Shown here one piece after another: positions 41,626-55,800 of a DNA stretch of 64,000 bases (its first letter is position 1; each line of letters starts with the position of its first letter). The position numbers and the translations under genes are program-made. This DNA is from Trichinella spiralis (Eukaryota), in assembly GCF_000181795.1 (NCBI RefSeq), contig NW_003526943.1:5573806-5637805 (forward strand), given 5' to 3'. The notes beneath the pieces are model-generated. The model ran no database searches and was not told where the DNA came from. It saw nothing but the letters and a program-made list of their open reading frames with translations.

Positions 41626-44600
41626 ATGGCGAAGAAACTACCGGACATTAAACGACCATCAATTTTCGACATTTCACAAGAAATGACTAAAGTGCAGACC
41701 CTTCGAGAGGACTTTGATCCATATGCCGTTGCTAATAACTTAATGGTAAGCAGAGCAAGTGTTCAGTAAAAATAAATGTCATCTCTCTATAAATACACAT
41801 ATATACGTAAATGGCATATTGATTGTCATATGGCAACATGTTTCAGTACAAAGACAATGCTGTTGCAGAGTTCACTTTGTTTCATTGAAATCGATTAAAA
41901 TTGGCAAAGTGCTGTTTAAAACTGTTAGCCCAGCAATTTCATGATCCAAGATAAAAGCATTTTAAAATGAAAATTTAAAATTTGCATTTTAATCATATTA
42001 TTAATTGCTTCATTCTAATTAAAGAAATTCATATTATGTAACTAAATTATTCAGTAATGCAAAAATGCTTAAAGAAGAAAGATAATTTGACGGTAATTAT
42101 ATTTCATGTTAATATGAGGAAATGTCAACATTTATTTGAAGCAAATGTTTGTAATGTGTAATTAAAAAATCAAATTATGGTTAGCTATTTATATAGAAAT
42201 CAATATTTTATTTATTTTCAATCCGTTCATTAACATCAGTCTTCACTACAATGTTCATTATTGTTGATGATTATCTGCGTTGAAGAAAATTAATTAAATT
42301 TAAAAATTACACAAAAAACAGATGATTTACTAAAATGTTTCTTCATTCATGATAATGTAATGAAGTTTCTAGAACATCAAAAATAAGTAACATTGAAATA
42401 TTATACGGTTTTAACTGTACATTAATTTAACATAAAAAATACAATAAAATGCAAAGTTTCAGTGCACTTGAAATGTTGAAAATGCGTTTTGGGTCTTATT
42501 GTTTTTAATTATAAACTAAATACATATTTTTTATAATTCAAAAGAATTTCCAGTTAAGCAGTTACGAAAAAGTTGAGTAATAGGTAGCAAATCCGACTCA
42601 GAATTACTTGATTTTTCAATTTATTAGTTTATGAATAACATCGAAAATGAAATTTCTACACTTAAACTTGAAATAATGCTTCGGTCATATTTATATTTTG
42701 TTTAAAAAATAATATGATGAATTCAATAATGAATAATGATTATTGAAATATCAAGTGGTAAAACTTTAATAAAAGTCATCAAATAAAAGCCAGCTGATAA
42801 ATTTATGGTCTGTATAGTAGTAAAATTTATTAATTTATAAGAAACTAAAACATGCAGCAAAAATCTGTAGTGTATTTGGAAACTGTTACTGGCATGTTTG
42901 AATATTAAAAAATTTAAGAATTGCTTATATTACTAATCAGATATTATTTAGAATGAATTTACTTTAATGTTTCTTTGACAGATTTTGCATGCGGTTTTCC
43001 TGTTCGTAGAATTTCATTAAAATATAAAATTTCCATTTCATTTTTCCACATTTGTTTTAAAGTTGCTACATTTATTTTTACGGTAATTTATTTCGATGCT
43101 CAGGTTTACTTTTGCTGCATCATTATTCTTTTATTTAAGCTTAAGTTATGAATATTTTAAGTGCATTTGATAAAATTTTCAATATTTTATAACGTTGTTT
43201 TATGCAGTGTCGCTCTATAAAAATTTTCTTAAAAATTCATATATTCCAGTTATTTTAGATGATGTTCTTTGTTTTTTAGAATAAACTTATTAAGGTGTTT
43301 AACATTATTAAATATTAAGTTTATCCTTTCACTGCTATGCTTTGCAATGGCTATAATGTTTTGACAATATGCTTTATATTGTGCAACAACTTTGACGTAT
43401 GGCAGTTTCAGAAAAATAGATAAAATAAACAATGAAAATAATTATATCATAAGGAGGAAAGGTTAACTAAATGAAATTTCAAAAGCAAAATATTTCATCT
43501 CATGTAAAATATCTGCTTAGGAACGAAATGCAACGGTTTGTTGTTGGAAACCCGACTAAAATTATTGATATTACTTTTCATTATTCCTAAACAAAAAATA
43601 ATGTAAAAAATAGTGATGCAGTATAAAAAATACATACTCCCTTAGTTTAATGGCATTGAATAATATTTTAGCTAATATAATTTTTACCAATCAGATAAGT
43701 GGGCAATCAATAAAAGACATTAGACAGTGAATCAAAAAGTAGGCGGTGCTAAAACAGAAACCTTTGTCAGCATCCTATATTTAACTTTAATAAATTACTT
43801 TAAATATATATATGTAAAGAAAATGATGAATTGTTTTAAAATGTTTTACATTCAAAATTGATTGACTATTGATTTTTTAAGTGTTAATTGTTTAGAAAGA
43901 ATTTCAAAAATGAAATGTATAACAATGAAATATGTGAAACAGGATCCGCTGGTACAGCTTAGTAGATGTAAAGCAATAAATAATATTACTATTGCTTATT
44001 CAGGTAGGCTTTAAGTTGACAAATTTTTCACTTTATTTTTGGCTTTGCCAAGTTCCACGAGGATTTTCAAGACGACGTATTACAACCGTCAGTTGCTTGC
44101 AAGTTGTTCTTTTTGACGATTGCTTTTCATTGAATGCTTTTCATTGAAGTGCAACAAAGTAATCATGGTTTGACATTCTTCTTAATTTGTTGAAATTCAT
44201 TTTCTCATCTATGCAATGAGAACGTTTCCAAGCACAATGAAAGATGTTCATTATTTGTGTAAAAATTTGATCAAGCTTATTGTTTGAGCAACATTTTTTA
44301 AAATGTCACTGTTCTTGTATCAAAGAAACGACAATGCAGATAGAACGGTAAGTTTAATTTTTTAATAACCAAAAAATTGAAAAATTGTTGCTCCTTATTG
44401 AAATTTACACGTCATTTTATTAATCAAACATAAAGTAATGAAAAATCCATTGCTCATATATTTGAATAAATGATTTTATTGTTATCATCGATGTGGAAAA
44501 TGAAATTATAAAAGCAAAGTTTTCGCTTTATATAGTCAAATATTGTCACTTTATTTGAATTTTATTTGTTTTGTTTTTGATTATTATTCAAACATAGTGC

Positions 44601-47600
44601 TTTTATTTATTAATATATTTATATGTCTGCAATCAGTTTAAAAAGCAGTTTATAACTAAAAAGAGAAAACATTGGATGTTCTGTTTCCGTCAAAGTTTGA
44701 CCATAGTGAAATTAAGAGCATATTGTGAATTTTTTCCCACAATGAATTTCATCTTTACTTAATGCAATGTGTTTTTTGTCTTGAACAGCATGGCAAACGT
44801 TAAAAACATTTGCATATTTGTTTCACAAAAAAGAACATATTTACTGCGTAGCGAATTTGATTTGCCTCAAAGGTAGTAAATAAGTCAGAGAAAAAAGTGT
44901 TTTTTAAGTTTTCATTAAAGAAATGTATTACGACAATGAAAGAAGCTAAAAAAATGTTTATTTCAACAAGCTTTCATTTAGCACTATCTGTTGAATGCAT
45001 TGGATTTTAGAATGGTGTCGTTTATGAAAGTTGAAATTTTATTTATTGACTGCTGCTACGCACCTGCTCCATCATCGAAGGGCAGGATCAGTGCTTGCCA
45101 AGCAAAACACCAATTAGATTACTTTTGATAGTGCTTTATTTATATACATGCATAAATGTCAAAATTGCTAATAAAATCTAATAGCAGATGGGATAATCCC
45201 AAAGAAGAGACTCTGAGCATATTGTCATCAAAGCTTTCAGCATGATAAATGATTTTAAACAGCTAAAAGCACATAACCACTGTCATCAAGCTAAAGTTTG
45301 TTTTTGCAAAACTAGTCGACTAAAGTCTTAGCTAAAAGTGTAAATACATATGAAAGAATATAAATAAATAAAAATAAACAAACAATATATACTACTAGCA
45401 AATGCTTTGTTCCGGTTTATGCCGTGCAAACAGAAATCACATTAACTTGTTGCTTGTTGAATAGTGCAAATGCACATCGGAAAAAATTCATTTCTCTCAT
45501 TACCAATGTTGACAACAAAATATAAAAGATACAACGGTTATTAAAAAATAAATATTTTTCAGGAAATGGATCAACTGCCAAACAAAGTGCTTTTGCACAT
45601 TTTCTCACATTTATCTCACAAAGAAATTCTTAAATCTGCCCGAGTTTGTAAAAAATGGCGTACACTTGCCTATGATTCGAGACTTTGGAAACGCGTCTGC
45701 CTGCGTCCTGTCTATGGTGGTCTGCAGGTAAATTATAAATTTAATATCAAATTTCTTCAATTTAATTACTGCAAATTAACAGTTTACAGTATTGTTTATT
45801 TTTAACTTTGGTAATATTCCTTCTTTATTTTTGATTTATATATATATTTAGTTACTAAATTTATATTTCAAAAGTAATGCCAAGTGGGAGATGTTAATAT
45901 TAGAATACAGTTGGGTCAGTATTTGTTGAATGCTGAACGAAGAAAAGAAGAACAAAATATATGAAATAAAAGAAAATTAAACTACAATATGATTCTGTTT
46001 ATTGAATAATTTCATTTCCAACAAATGTAAATTTTTACAATTGCATCATTTTTTAAGAAAAATTATGCTCTTGAATAGTGGATGAGCAGTTTTTTGATCG
46101 GATATTTGTAGTGTTTTATTATGTCATCAGTGATTGTTCTCAAAATTTCACCGAAACAAAATTTCCTTAATTTTTTTTAAAAAATTCATGTTTTTTACTT
46201 TCATTCGTTGACGTCATTTGCATTTTTGATTAAAAGAATGCACCTTCTCTGATGACATCTGTGAAAGAATCAAAGTGAATACATTTAGGAATGAAAAGAT
46301 TAGAAATATTTAATTAGTTTTTCATTAATAAAAAGCTTTCATCAATAGAAGCGTTTCATTATTTTGCTTGCTGTATTTAAAATGAAAAAAGGCTTCATTG
46401 AATTTCATTAAATTTTTCATAAATTTATTTTCTAAAAATTCAATTTATTTTGTTTATTTTTAAAGTATGTTAAAGTAGAAAAATATTTTGTCTTTTTCTT
46501 CATTTTCATATGCATATATGATAGATATTTCAAGAAAAAAAATTTTCAAATTGGTATAATTTCAGGTCAGTTCTATGGAAGCGTTGTTAGCATTGATCAG
46601 CGCTAGATTCGGTCCGTCGTTAACTCTGATGGAGCTGCAAACTGATCAGATCACTGCCCCGGTGTTGCATGAATTAGCTACCAAGTGTCCCAATTTGCAA
46701 TACCTAACGTTGGGTATGTTGTATTGGCAAATTACAATCCATTTTTTAATCTAGCAGCTTGGTATCTTGTTGATATTATTTTTTATTTCAAATGAAATGA
46801 CAGGCTCTAATGCAGCCATAACTGCTCTTACAAATGCAATTTTGCACACAATATTTTAGATTTCTCTTCGGCTACACAGCTGCACGACTTTGCAGATTTG
46901 CAGACATTTCCAGCTCGGTTGCACTCGCTCACGATATGCTTGTCAGAGAATATTTTCCTCGAAGGCTTCCTTCGTAAAATTTATTCTTTCATCGGAACGG
47001 TGGAAGTTTTGCATGTGATTGGCACTTTTGAAAAATGGGAAGAGGATGAAGAAGAAGTTTATGAAACGATCAACATTAGCAAGCTAAAAAGCCATACACC
47101 AAATTTACGAGTTCTGAATTTGTGGGGGGTAAGAAAGAGAGATTGAGATTGACTTAAATAAAATTGCACATACATACATATATATATATTTATTTATGTA
47201 TATTTGCAGATTCCATTTGTAACTGATGAACATATTGAATCCATTTCGTCCAGTTTACCACACTTGGAATGCCTTTCTGTTAATTTTTGTCAAGCAGTCA
47301 ACGGTTCCTCGTTGAAGTCATTGCTGCAACGTTGCAAACGTCTACGTTCTTTGCACATGGAGCAGACGAGTATGAAATTGTTTGTTTTAGAGTAGAAAGA
47401 GAGAGAGATTGAAAAGCAGATAATAATTGAACTTGATAACATATTTAGCCCTGGATTCCAAGGCAGTAATGAACGCCTGTTGGGATAACAGCGTAATTGA
47501 AGAACTGAACATTGCTGCCACGGACATATCCTCAGAATGTCTGATCTATTTGCTCAGTCGACTTTCAAATTTACGTTGGCTTCGGGCCGCTGTTTTGGAA

Positions 47601-48302
47601 CATTTCACTGATCAAGTGAGCACCGTTTGTTTGTTTGTTTGTCTGTTTAGGGTAATTTTTTCAAATAATTTTCACTTCAGGTATTGGAAAAATGGATCCA
47701 ATCTGGAAATTGTTCCAAATTGGCAGCCCTGGATTTGGACAACTGCGATTCGCTTTCAGAGCAGTCGTTGATTGAATTTCTCAATATATACGGTGAGCAG
47801 CTTCTTGGACTCAATTTGGGTGGAAATGAAAAACTGCTCGAACAATTCTGGGTTAGTTCACTGCCAAAACTGAGTCACTTGCAGTAAGCTGTTTTGCAAT
47901 TATATTTTAATTTCGAAATTCAACCGAATGAATTTCACAAAAAATTTCAGAATCCTGATAATGGGCATTGTGGAAGATTGTTGTCCGAAAGTGACCGCCA
48001 AAATTCACATCGATCAAGTGATCGACTGCATTTCGCAGAATATTGCCAAAATCAAAGTGCTGGAAATTCGTTGGGATTCGGACAAGCTTCGCTTTTCGGA
48101 CAAGTCGTCGAAATTTATCGACCTGCTGCGCATGAAATGCTTGCAGTTGCAGTCGTTGGTAATTGCCGACGGCGAATACTGCGAAGTGGTGAGGTCGAAT
48201 TTCGAAAGAGCCGACCGAGGATCCGTGGTGCGTAGCAGTACCCATTGCCAATCAACACTGGCACCGTTGCTCGCTTATTTCAACGATTTGATGTTCAATT
48301 GA
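41626..48302 (+). CDS. F-box/leucine-rich-repeat protein (FBXL-type)
   Basis: F-box DQLPNKVLLHIFSHL..ARVCKKWR..YDSRLW (45563-45727), then LRR exons 46566-48302. The start at 41626 assumes an inferred upstream exon; the core 45563-48302 is well supported. Confidence 0.85.
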
Positions 48303-48779
48303 ATTTGAAAATTCTCCAAACATGCAAATTCAATTCAAATTTCCAATAGTGAAATATATAATTTTTCATTTAAAGAAAATAAAGAAAAAAAAACAGAAAA
48401 CAAAAATAAATGCAGTACCATTTCAAGTTAACATCCAAACATATAAAGTGATAACAGTGTTTTTTTTTGATACATACAAGCCGTCGTCTGTCGAATGGCG
48501 GTCGCATGATATATAATAGATCAAAAGGCGCAAAGCCAACATTAACAACAAAAATGAATAATTGACAAACATACATATATGTATATATATGTATGTATGT
48601 ATGCATATAATAAAAGCACATCTGCAACAACAGCCAGCAACAGCTATACATAAATAATATCATCTTGATTGGATCAATTGTTGTTCAGTTGCAGTTTTTA
48701 AACAAATAATACAAATGTAAAACAACAGAAAGTTGAAAAGACAGAAAAAGAGGAGAATCATGGTCGGTCGATCAAGCGA

Positions 48780-50844
48780 CTACTGCGAACGCAGCAGCAT
48801 CACGTTCGCGTGATCTTCCCCCTCTTGGCTCATTTCGGTGGTGTTGCCTTTTGTCGAATGGCGTTGTAGTGGAAATGGCCGTCGAGGGAAGCTGGACATG
48901 GCAAATATCCGCTTGCAAAAGTTGGCCAACTTCTGGAGATGCGCCACCGTCGGCTCGACGTAGACGGCGAAAAACTCGGCAGCCGTGTTCGGGATGAACA
49001 TCTCGTTCAGTTGGGTTTTGAACGGTGCGGCGAACCCTTGGAACCAGTTGACCCGCCAGCGAACCTGAGGGCACAGTTCCACCAACTTCTGGGCCGAGCT
49101 GTAGTTGTTCCGAATGCTGAATTCGTTCATCCAACCTTGAAATTCGTGCTTGGAGTACAAACTTTCGTCCAAATCCGCCAGCACCGCCTTCAACTGTTCC
49201 ACGCTCGAGTAGATGCCGAATCCCGGGAACGTGCAACTGAGCAACGTCGTGTCCACCCTGAAACTGTCACAGCCGAGCACTCGTGCCGTCAGTTCGTCCA
49301 CACGACTGTCGTATCCGCCGGCACGCAACGTCGCCAAGCTCACTGCCAGTGTCGGTATACCGACTGGCAACAACTCGCACAAAATAGCGAAGTGATCATA
49401 GCGCTGCCAGCCGGTCAAAATGATACCCCGAAAATTCAACTTCACCTTCTCCTTCACCAGCGTGTTCATCTGCTTCTGCCAAGAAAGGTGATTCATCAAG
49501 TAGTGGTTCACATTTGAATAATATCTGTGAAAAGAAGTAATCGATGATGATGATGATGATAATTTTATGGAAGAAAAAGAGGGAATTTTGGTTTGAGTTT
49601 TTGTTTTTCATCACCTGGACGGACCGTCGGCACCTTTGAAAGCCGAAGCACCCCAGACGTGCCTGAATATCCTTTCGAAACGTTTCCACAATTCCAACGG
49701 CAAATACTCTTCCAAATTTTCCGCATACGCCCAAACGACAGGCTCGACCAAATCGCCAAGCGACCACTTTTCCAACGACTTCTCTTCCATCACGTTCAGC
49801 ATGTCGTGCCAGACAAGCACCCTTTTGTTGAATTCACTTCGGATGTAAATGGACAAGTTGGCAATGTGCTCCAATATCAAATCTTGCCTTTCCAATTGTC
49901 GACTGTACAAGTTTTCCACACATCGCGCGCACTCTCCGTACTGGAATTGGGGAAATTTTTACAAAAACGAGCCAACAATATTTTGCACAAATTTTAAGCA
50001 TATATATATATATATTCTCTATTTCTTCAGTCAGCACAATCAATATTTGAAAACGCTCACTTGATAAACTTCATCCGCACCGATGTGAACGTATTCGACG
50101 TCGTCGCCGTGCAAAGCAAGCACTTGATCAATAATCAGTCTGACCAGGCGGGTGGCGTTGGGATTGGAAACGCAAACCGCCTGTGGAAAGATGACATTTT
50201 CCCTGAGTTCGACCATCTCGGCATGCTTGAGCACCCATTCCAAATGGCCGAGCACTTGGACCAACGGGATCACGTGCAAGCCAACTTCCCTCGCCCACCC
50301 CAGTATGCTTTCCACTTCGGCCTTGGTGTAGGCGTTTCTGTTTTTCAACGGTTCCAAATCGCCTTCAAATGGAAACATATCCTCCCATTCGATCAACAAG
50401 CCCGTGGCGCCGGCTTTTTTGAAAAATTCGAACAAATCGCGAAACTGGTTAACCCGTGGTGGGGCACCTTTCAAATCCAAGTGTACAATTAGCTGTTTGG
50501 GCACGAAGGAGATTTTGTCAAAAGGCGGCAACTGGTCGGGCGGTGGCTTGGTGAACGGCATCCAGGGTCGACCGGCGGCCCTGCGTTCGATGCCGTAGTA
50601 GAAACGCTCGTTCGATTCGTGCCATCCGAAGTGTCGATCCTTCGGTAGGCCAACATAGTCGGCCGGATCTTCTGCATCGGTCCAGCTCAGCTTGACTAGA
50701 AATCGTCAAAAAGTGAACAACACAACCTGAAGCTTTAACGATTCCACCACTCTTACTCATGTATAAAGCAAAGCAGCCGACGAATACCAATATGCAAATT
50801 GGTATCGCTTTCGATTTCCAACGGATTATTTTCATTTCCAGCAT
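48780..50844 (-). CDS. GH20 beta-hexosaminidase, hexosaminidase-D type, with N-terminal membrane anchor
   Basis: IVHLDLKGAPP, GLLIEWEDMFPF, IPLVQVLGHLEWVLK, catalytic HIGADEV, VWHDML, VWGASAFKGADG, GIILTGWQRYDHFAILCELLPVGIP. Hydrophobic N-terminal segment IPICILVFVGCFALY. Confidence 0.92.
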
Positions 50845-52869
50845 GAATATTTACAATCAAACAACAATGAGCACCAGAATAACTGAAAAAAATGACAAAA
50901 TGATTCTGTTGTTAAAAATTTAACATACTAAAGTATTTTTTTTCGAAAATCAGATTCAACGCAAAAGTTTCATTCATTCATTCAAACAACAACAATTATA
51001 TCTCACGTTTATTTTCTACTTTTTAGAAAATGCTTGTTAAAATTCTTTCAAAAAAAACATACTTAACAATATTCACTAATTTGTACGCTAATACAACTAC
51101 TGTTATTACAGCTGTGCTTTTTTTTGCAATGAACACGCTGTGCAAGAACAAATCTTACACAACAATTAGCCATTTTCTACGCATATACTACAGAAGACAA
51201 AGCACATGAAAATATATCCATATCCATGTACAATATGGACATACAAAAACGTTGTTTGCATTATTACAAATTTCATGCTTGGAGAGTTTCTCGACAAATC
51301 CAGTGGAATTTGATTCAAACAAAGACAATGATGATCAACAGTTATTCACAAAAGGCAAACTCTGACACACTCTATACACAATTTAAAATGCAAACAACAG
51401 TGTGCAAATATTGCACGAAGTACATTCCAATACAATGCCACCTTCAACTATTGTACACACATATACATGTATATATATAGACATGGTCAACTCTGTTAAA
51501 TTGAATATTCAAATTACACATTCAGTTTAAGAAAACGAAGAAACTACAAAAACCTCATCCTGCGTAAACATTTGAAAAATTAAAATGAAAACCATACAAA
51601 TTTCCATGAATATTTAAATCAGTTTTACAATAATATGATGCACACTGACTGAAAAAATTAACAAATACCACTCTCATAAATATACCCCTGAATGATAAGG
51701 AATAATGCCTCTCATGCCTGCAACCGATGCAATCGTCTGTTTCACTGATTAACGCCTTCAAATATGAATGTCAAAATTACATAGAACAAACAACAAACAA
51801 ATAAAAAACAAACAAACAAACAAACGTAAACAATTCAAAGAAATGGAAATAATGACAAATTCAATGATGCATCATTCAATGATTGCAAATCTGAAGTTTT
51901 GTCAATCAATTGCAATCATCGCTCGTGTTCAAAATCTGCAAAAATTTACGCAGATTACACAAGATGAAAAAATAATTTTCAATTCTGCTCAAAAAAAATT
52001 TTCAATTTGAATAAATTAATAATTTCAAAATTTCCATTCTGGTAGAATAACAAATAAATCAATCTCAATCGATCATTTTCATTACATTTTGATCAACAAA
52101 AAGAAAACAAAATAACACATGCGATGCTATAATTATTCTCTTTGTTTATTGAAAGAAAGAACATTTGCTTGTTTGCTTAAATCAAATGATTATTATTTAA
52201 AAAGAAATTTTTTCAAAGAATTTAAAACGCAATTACTACAGTCTGATCAGATCCATGTATTTTTTTTCTGTTTGAACCTAACAATTAATTGAAACCTAAA
52301 AATCAATACATCTTCAATAATACCCAAAAAACAAAACAAACAAACAATAGATATAGATAAGCTTGGACTATAAAAATTATTACAGTTTCCGACGTTGACT
52401 CACGAATAGCAACGCAACGTTGAAAACTAGAATCGTTTTAATATCGAAAAATTCCAACTTCGAATTGAATCATCATTACTAAACTACTGACTTAAAACTG
52501 TGAAGTTTCTGAGAAAATATTTGAATAAATATGCAAATTAAAAAGAGAATACTACTTATTTACATGCAAGCATTATTCAAAAGAAGTGGTCGAATAACAA
52601 TCCCAATCACAAACCATAAGGGCATTGGGTGTCATCTCCACATCTCACCTGATTTCACAAGTCGAACAGGAAATAATTAATAAAACAAAATGTTTACATG
52701 GAAGCAATTGCAGCACTTTATGGTGTAAAAGGTGAAGAAAATTGCAAAGCTACAACTTCCAAGCAACCCAACTACGACCGGATGAAACGTTCCAAGATTA
52801 ACGCAGCAACGACTTTCTTCTCAACGTCGCGCAAACAATAACAACAGCAGCACATCAAGTAAGTCAAAT

Positions 52870-52897
52870 CACACACATACACACACACACACACACA
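52870..52897. repeat. (CA)n microsatellite
   Basis: cacacacatacacacacacacacacaca run. Confidence 0.9.
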
Positions 52898-55800
52898 AAG
52901 TCCACTTGAAAAGCAACGTCACACGTTGGTAGAAAAAGAAAAGAAAAAATTATTCATACCCATGTATACAACATATATACATGACCAAAAATACAGTATG
53001 CATAGAATTTGAAATTGAAGAATCAGCAAATTTCTTCAACCGAAGCTAAAAATATACGCTACTTCTGGAAAAATACCAAACAACAACAATTTTAGCAATT
53101 TTCAACAAAGCAAACAAATACAACCAACATACTGTCCCATCAGCTCTTGATCAAGCGTAAAAGTTGAAAAGTTAAGCAGAAAATCAAACATTTTTTAAAA
53201 AGCCCTTATTAATCAAAAATTACACTTGAATATAAAATTGAAAATTCGATAATTTGCATGGAAAATTACAACAACAACAACAACTTGTTCGCTTGTGCAT
53301 TTCACTTTTTTATCAGATTGCACTTGTAACTTTTTGTTGCAAGATTTGAAAATTGAAAAAACACTTACAAACAAACAACACAATGGTGGAAAATATTTTG
53401 TGCTTATTGTTCGAAAAGAGATTGAATTTACCATGCAAATTATTTATTCCACTTGCACAATCGCTTCTTTGTCATTTCATTCACAATTGTATGCTTGAGA
53501 TTTGAAATGATGTAATAAGATAAAAAAAAACTGGATGAATAATCTATAAAAAAAATTATATTCCCCACCCCTGTGAAAGTATCACACCATTTGCCGTGTA
53601 GAAACATGTATTAAAAAAAAATACCAAGGAAACAATTCAAATTTGCAAATCGTAAAATTGAAATCACCTCGATTCCACTACGCATGTACAAATGTATTGA
53701 ATGAAATTTAAAATTGTCAACAAAATAGAAAAAAAATATTCATTGCTTACACATACACAGCATCTATTCATCTCGATTACTATCGCAGGGTATTGTTAAC
53801 AATTGGAAAAAAAAAGAATCAACTAAAATACACGGCACGCAAGATTGTATTTGAATTTTCTGTTTATTAAACCAATCACAATTGATTGATTGAAATGAAT
53901 ATGAAAAAGTGAAATTTAATCAATTGAATTACACTAACAGAGTCCGATGCAGTTGAAAATCCACATTTGAACACAAGAACTTTTTTGTCACTAATCAAAA
54001 ACGCAAAATAAATAATTAAATAATTAACAGAAACATCAAAATACCATCATTATCTTATCAGTACAAGCAAAAATACAAAAAACAAACATGCAAATTTTCT
54101 TTGTAAAAAAGCAAATTACACAAATAAACAAACAGCACTACTAGTACAACGTACACCAAACTGTCCGCCAATGGGTAGGGCAGAACAGAATCTCTGAAGC
54201 ACGCCTTCATTGAACATCACCGTTCAAAATCTCAAACAAACCTCCTGGCAGCCGAGAAAGACCCCAACTGCGCCAAAGCAACACAGACATAATATAACGC
54301 TTTTCAAAGCTAACGGATAATGTGATAAATCAATTGCAGACGACGCAGTGAATCCAAATTGCGCATAAATTGAATACATTGTTTAAAAATGAAAAATGAC
54401 CACGTCCGTCCAAGCTGAACCACCGTCATTTGGTCCAGCAATTACTGCATAATTCAATTACCAATATATACATATATATATTTTTTTTTCTTATTAATAT
54501 GCTTTTGTTTATTTCACGCATCATTTCATCCGGCTGTTCCTCCTCTTTTGCTTCTATTTCAGCGTTGACGGTTGAGAAACATCAAAAACGCCAACCAGAG
54601 AGATTATCAATTTTTTTTGCATAAGAAGTGACGCAAATGCAACGTAGAGGAAGTTTCGTTGTGTGTTCAATTCAATTGTCCAAATCAATATTTTATCGCA
54701 AACAACAACACTTTTTGCAAAATTGCCAAGCATTTATTTTTTCGAACATCCTTTCGAACTGTTGTCTGCATTTTATTCTTTTCTCATTTTGCTGATTACA
54801 AATTACAACTGAAACTGGTAATTTAAATTAAGGAAAAAAAATGAAAAATTTTAAACTAGAAATTAAACAAAAATCATTGTCTAATTTTAAAACTACAACA
54901 ACACCAACCAGCAATGGAAAAATAAAATGCAGCATGAAGATTTGGGAACAGACAAACAAACAAAAACAAACTTTCCATCAATATTCAAATGCATTCATTA
55001 TGCACCTTTTTTTTTGGAAAAAAAAGATAAAATCAGTTTAAAATGTCAATCTAAATTTACAACTATTTTCACAGTATTTTCATCTTGGAAAAATTAAACG
55101 CAGTTTCCATTTCGTGTAAGCAATTCAACTCTCGTCTCAGTGTTGAATTAGCATGCCAAATTCAAATGGCATTTCCAAATCATATTTCAAAAGCAACCAC
55201 CTCAAAAGTGAACAAATACGAACACAATTGCTCATTCATTTATCCACAGATTAGTACTGATTTTCAAAGTCAACAAACATATTCAAACAATATGCTAAAG
55301 AATGCAAAGTTCACTTACAAAAAAATCTCGCACTGTATACCACCTCCATGGCAGGGCTATACTTTTTAAGTTGTATTATTTAAATGCTTGCCAAACTTGA
55401 TGAAAATGAATCGTTTGCCCTGCAACCAACTGGAACAAGTTCCCAAATAACTATCCACGGTGGCAAAAATGCCTCCAAATATGAAGAACTACTTAAAATG
55501 ACTAGTTTGCCGCTGACCGACAAATCTTACCCATCTAATAGTTAACTTCAACATTTTTTAAATGAGAAAACTAAATTAAAAAATAATTTCAAGTGCTTCG
55601 AATATGCGCATCTGTTCGACAATTGTTCTATTTCACAGCAGCTGATTCAGACAACATGACAGCTATCAGCGTCTGAAACTTTTAACATTCACCTTTCTGA
55701 ATATTCACTTACAATCGTTAAAATAATTCACTTTTACTTTTCTGAAAAAAAAATTTTTTTTCTATTTCAACTTTGTTAATTTTCCTCATAAATAATATCA

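Noticed and set aside
48772..50598. Several long overlapping or antisense ORFs over the hexosaminidase
   Set aside because: Shadow frames caused by high GC codon usage; no recognisable motifs.
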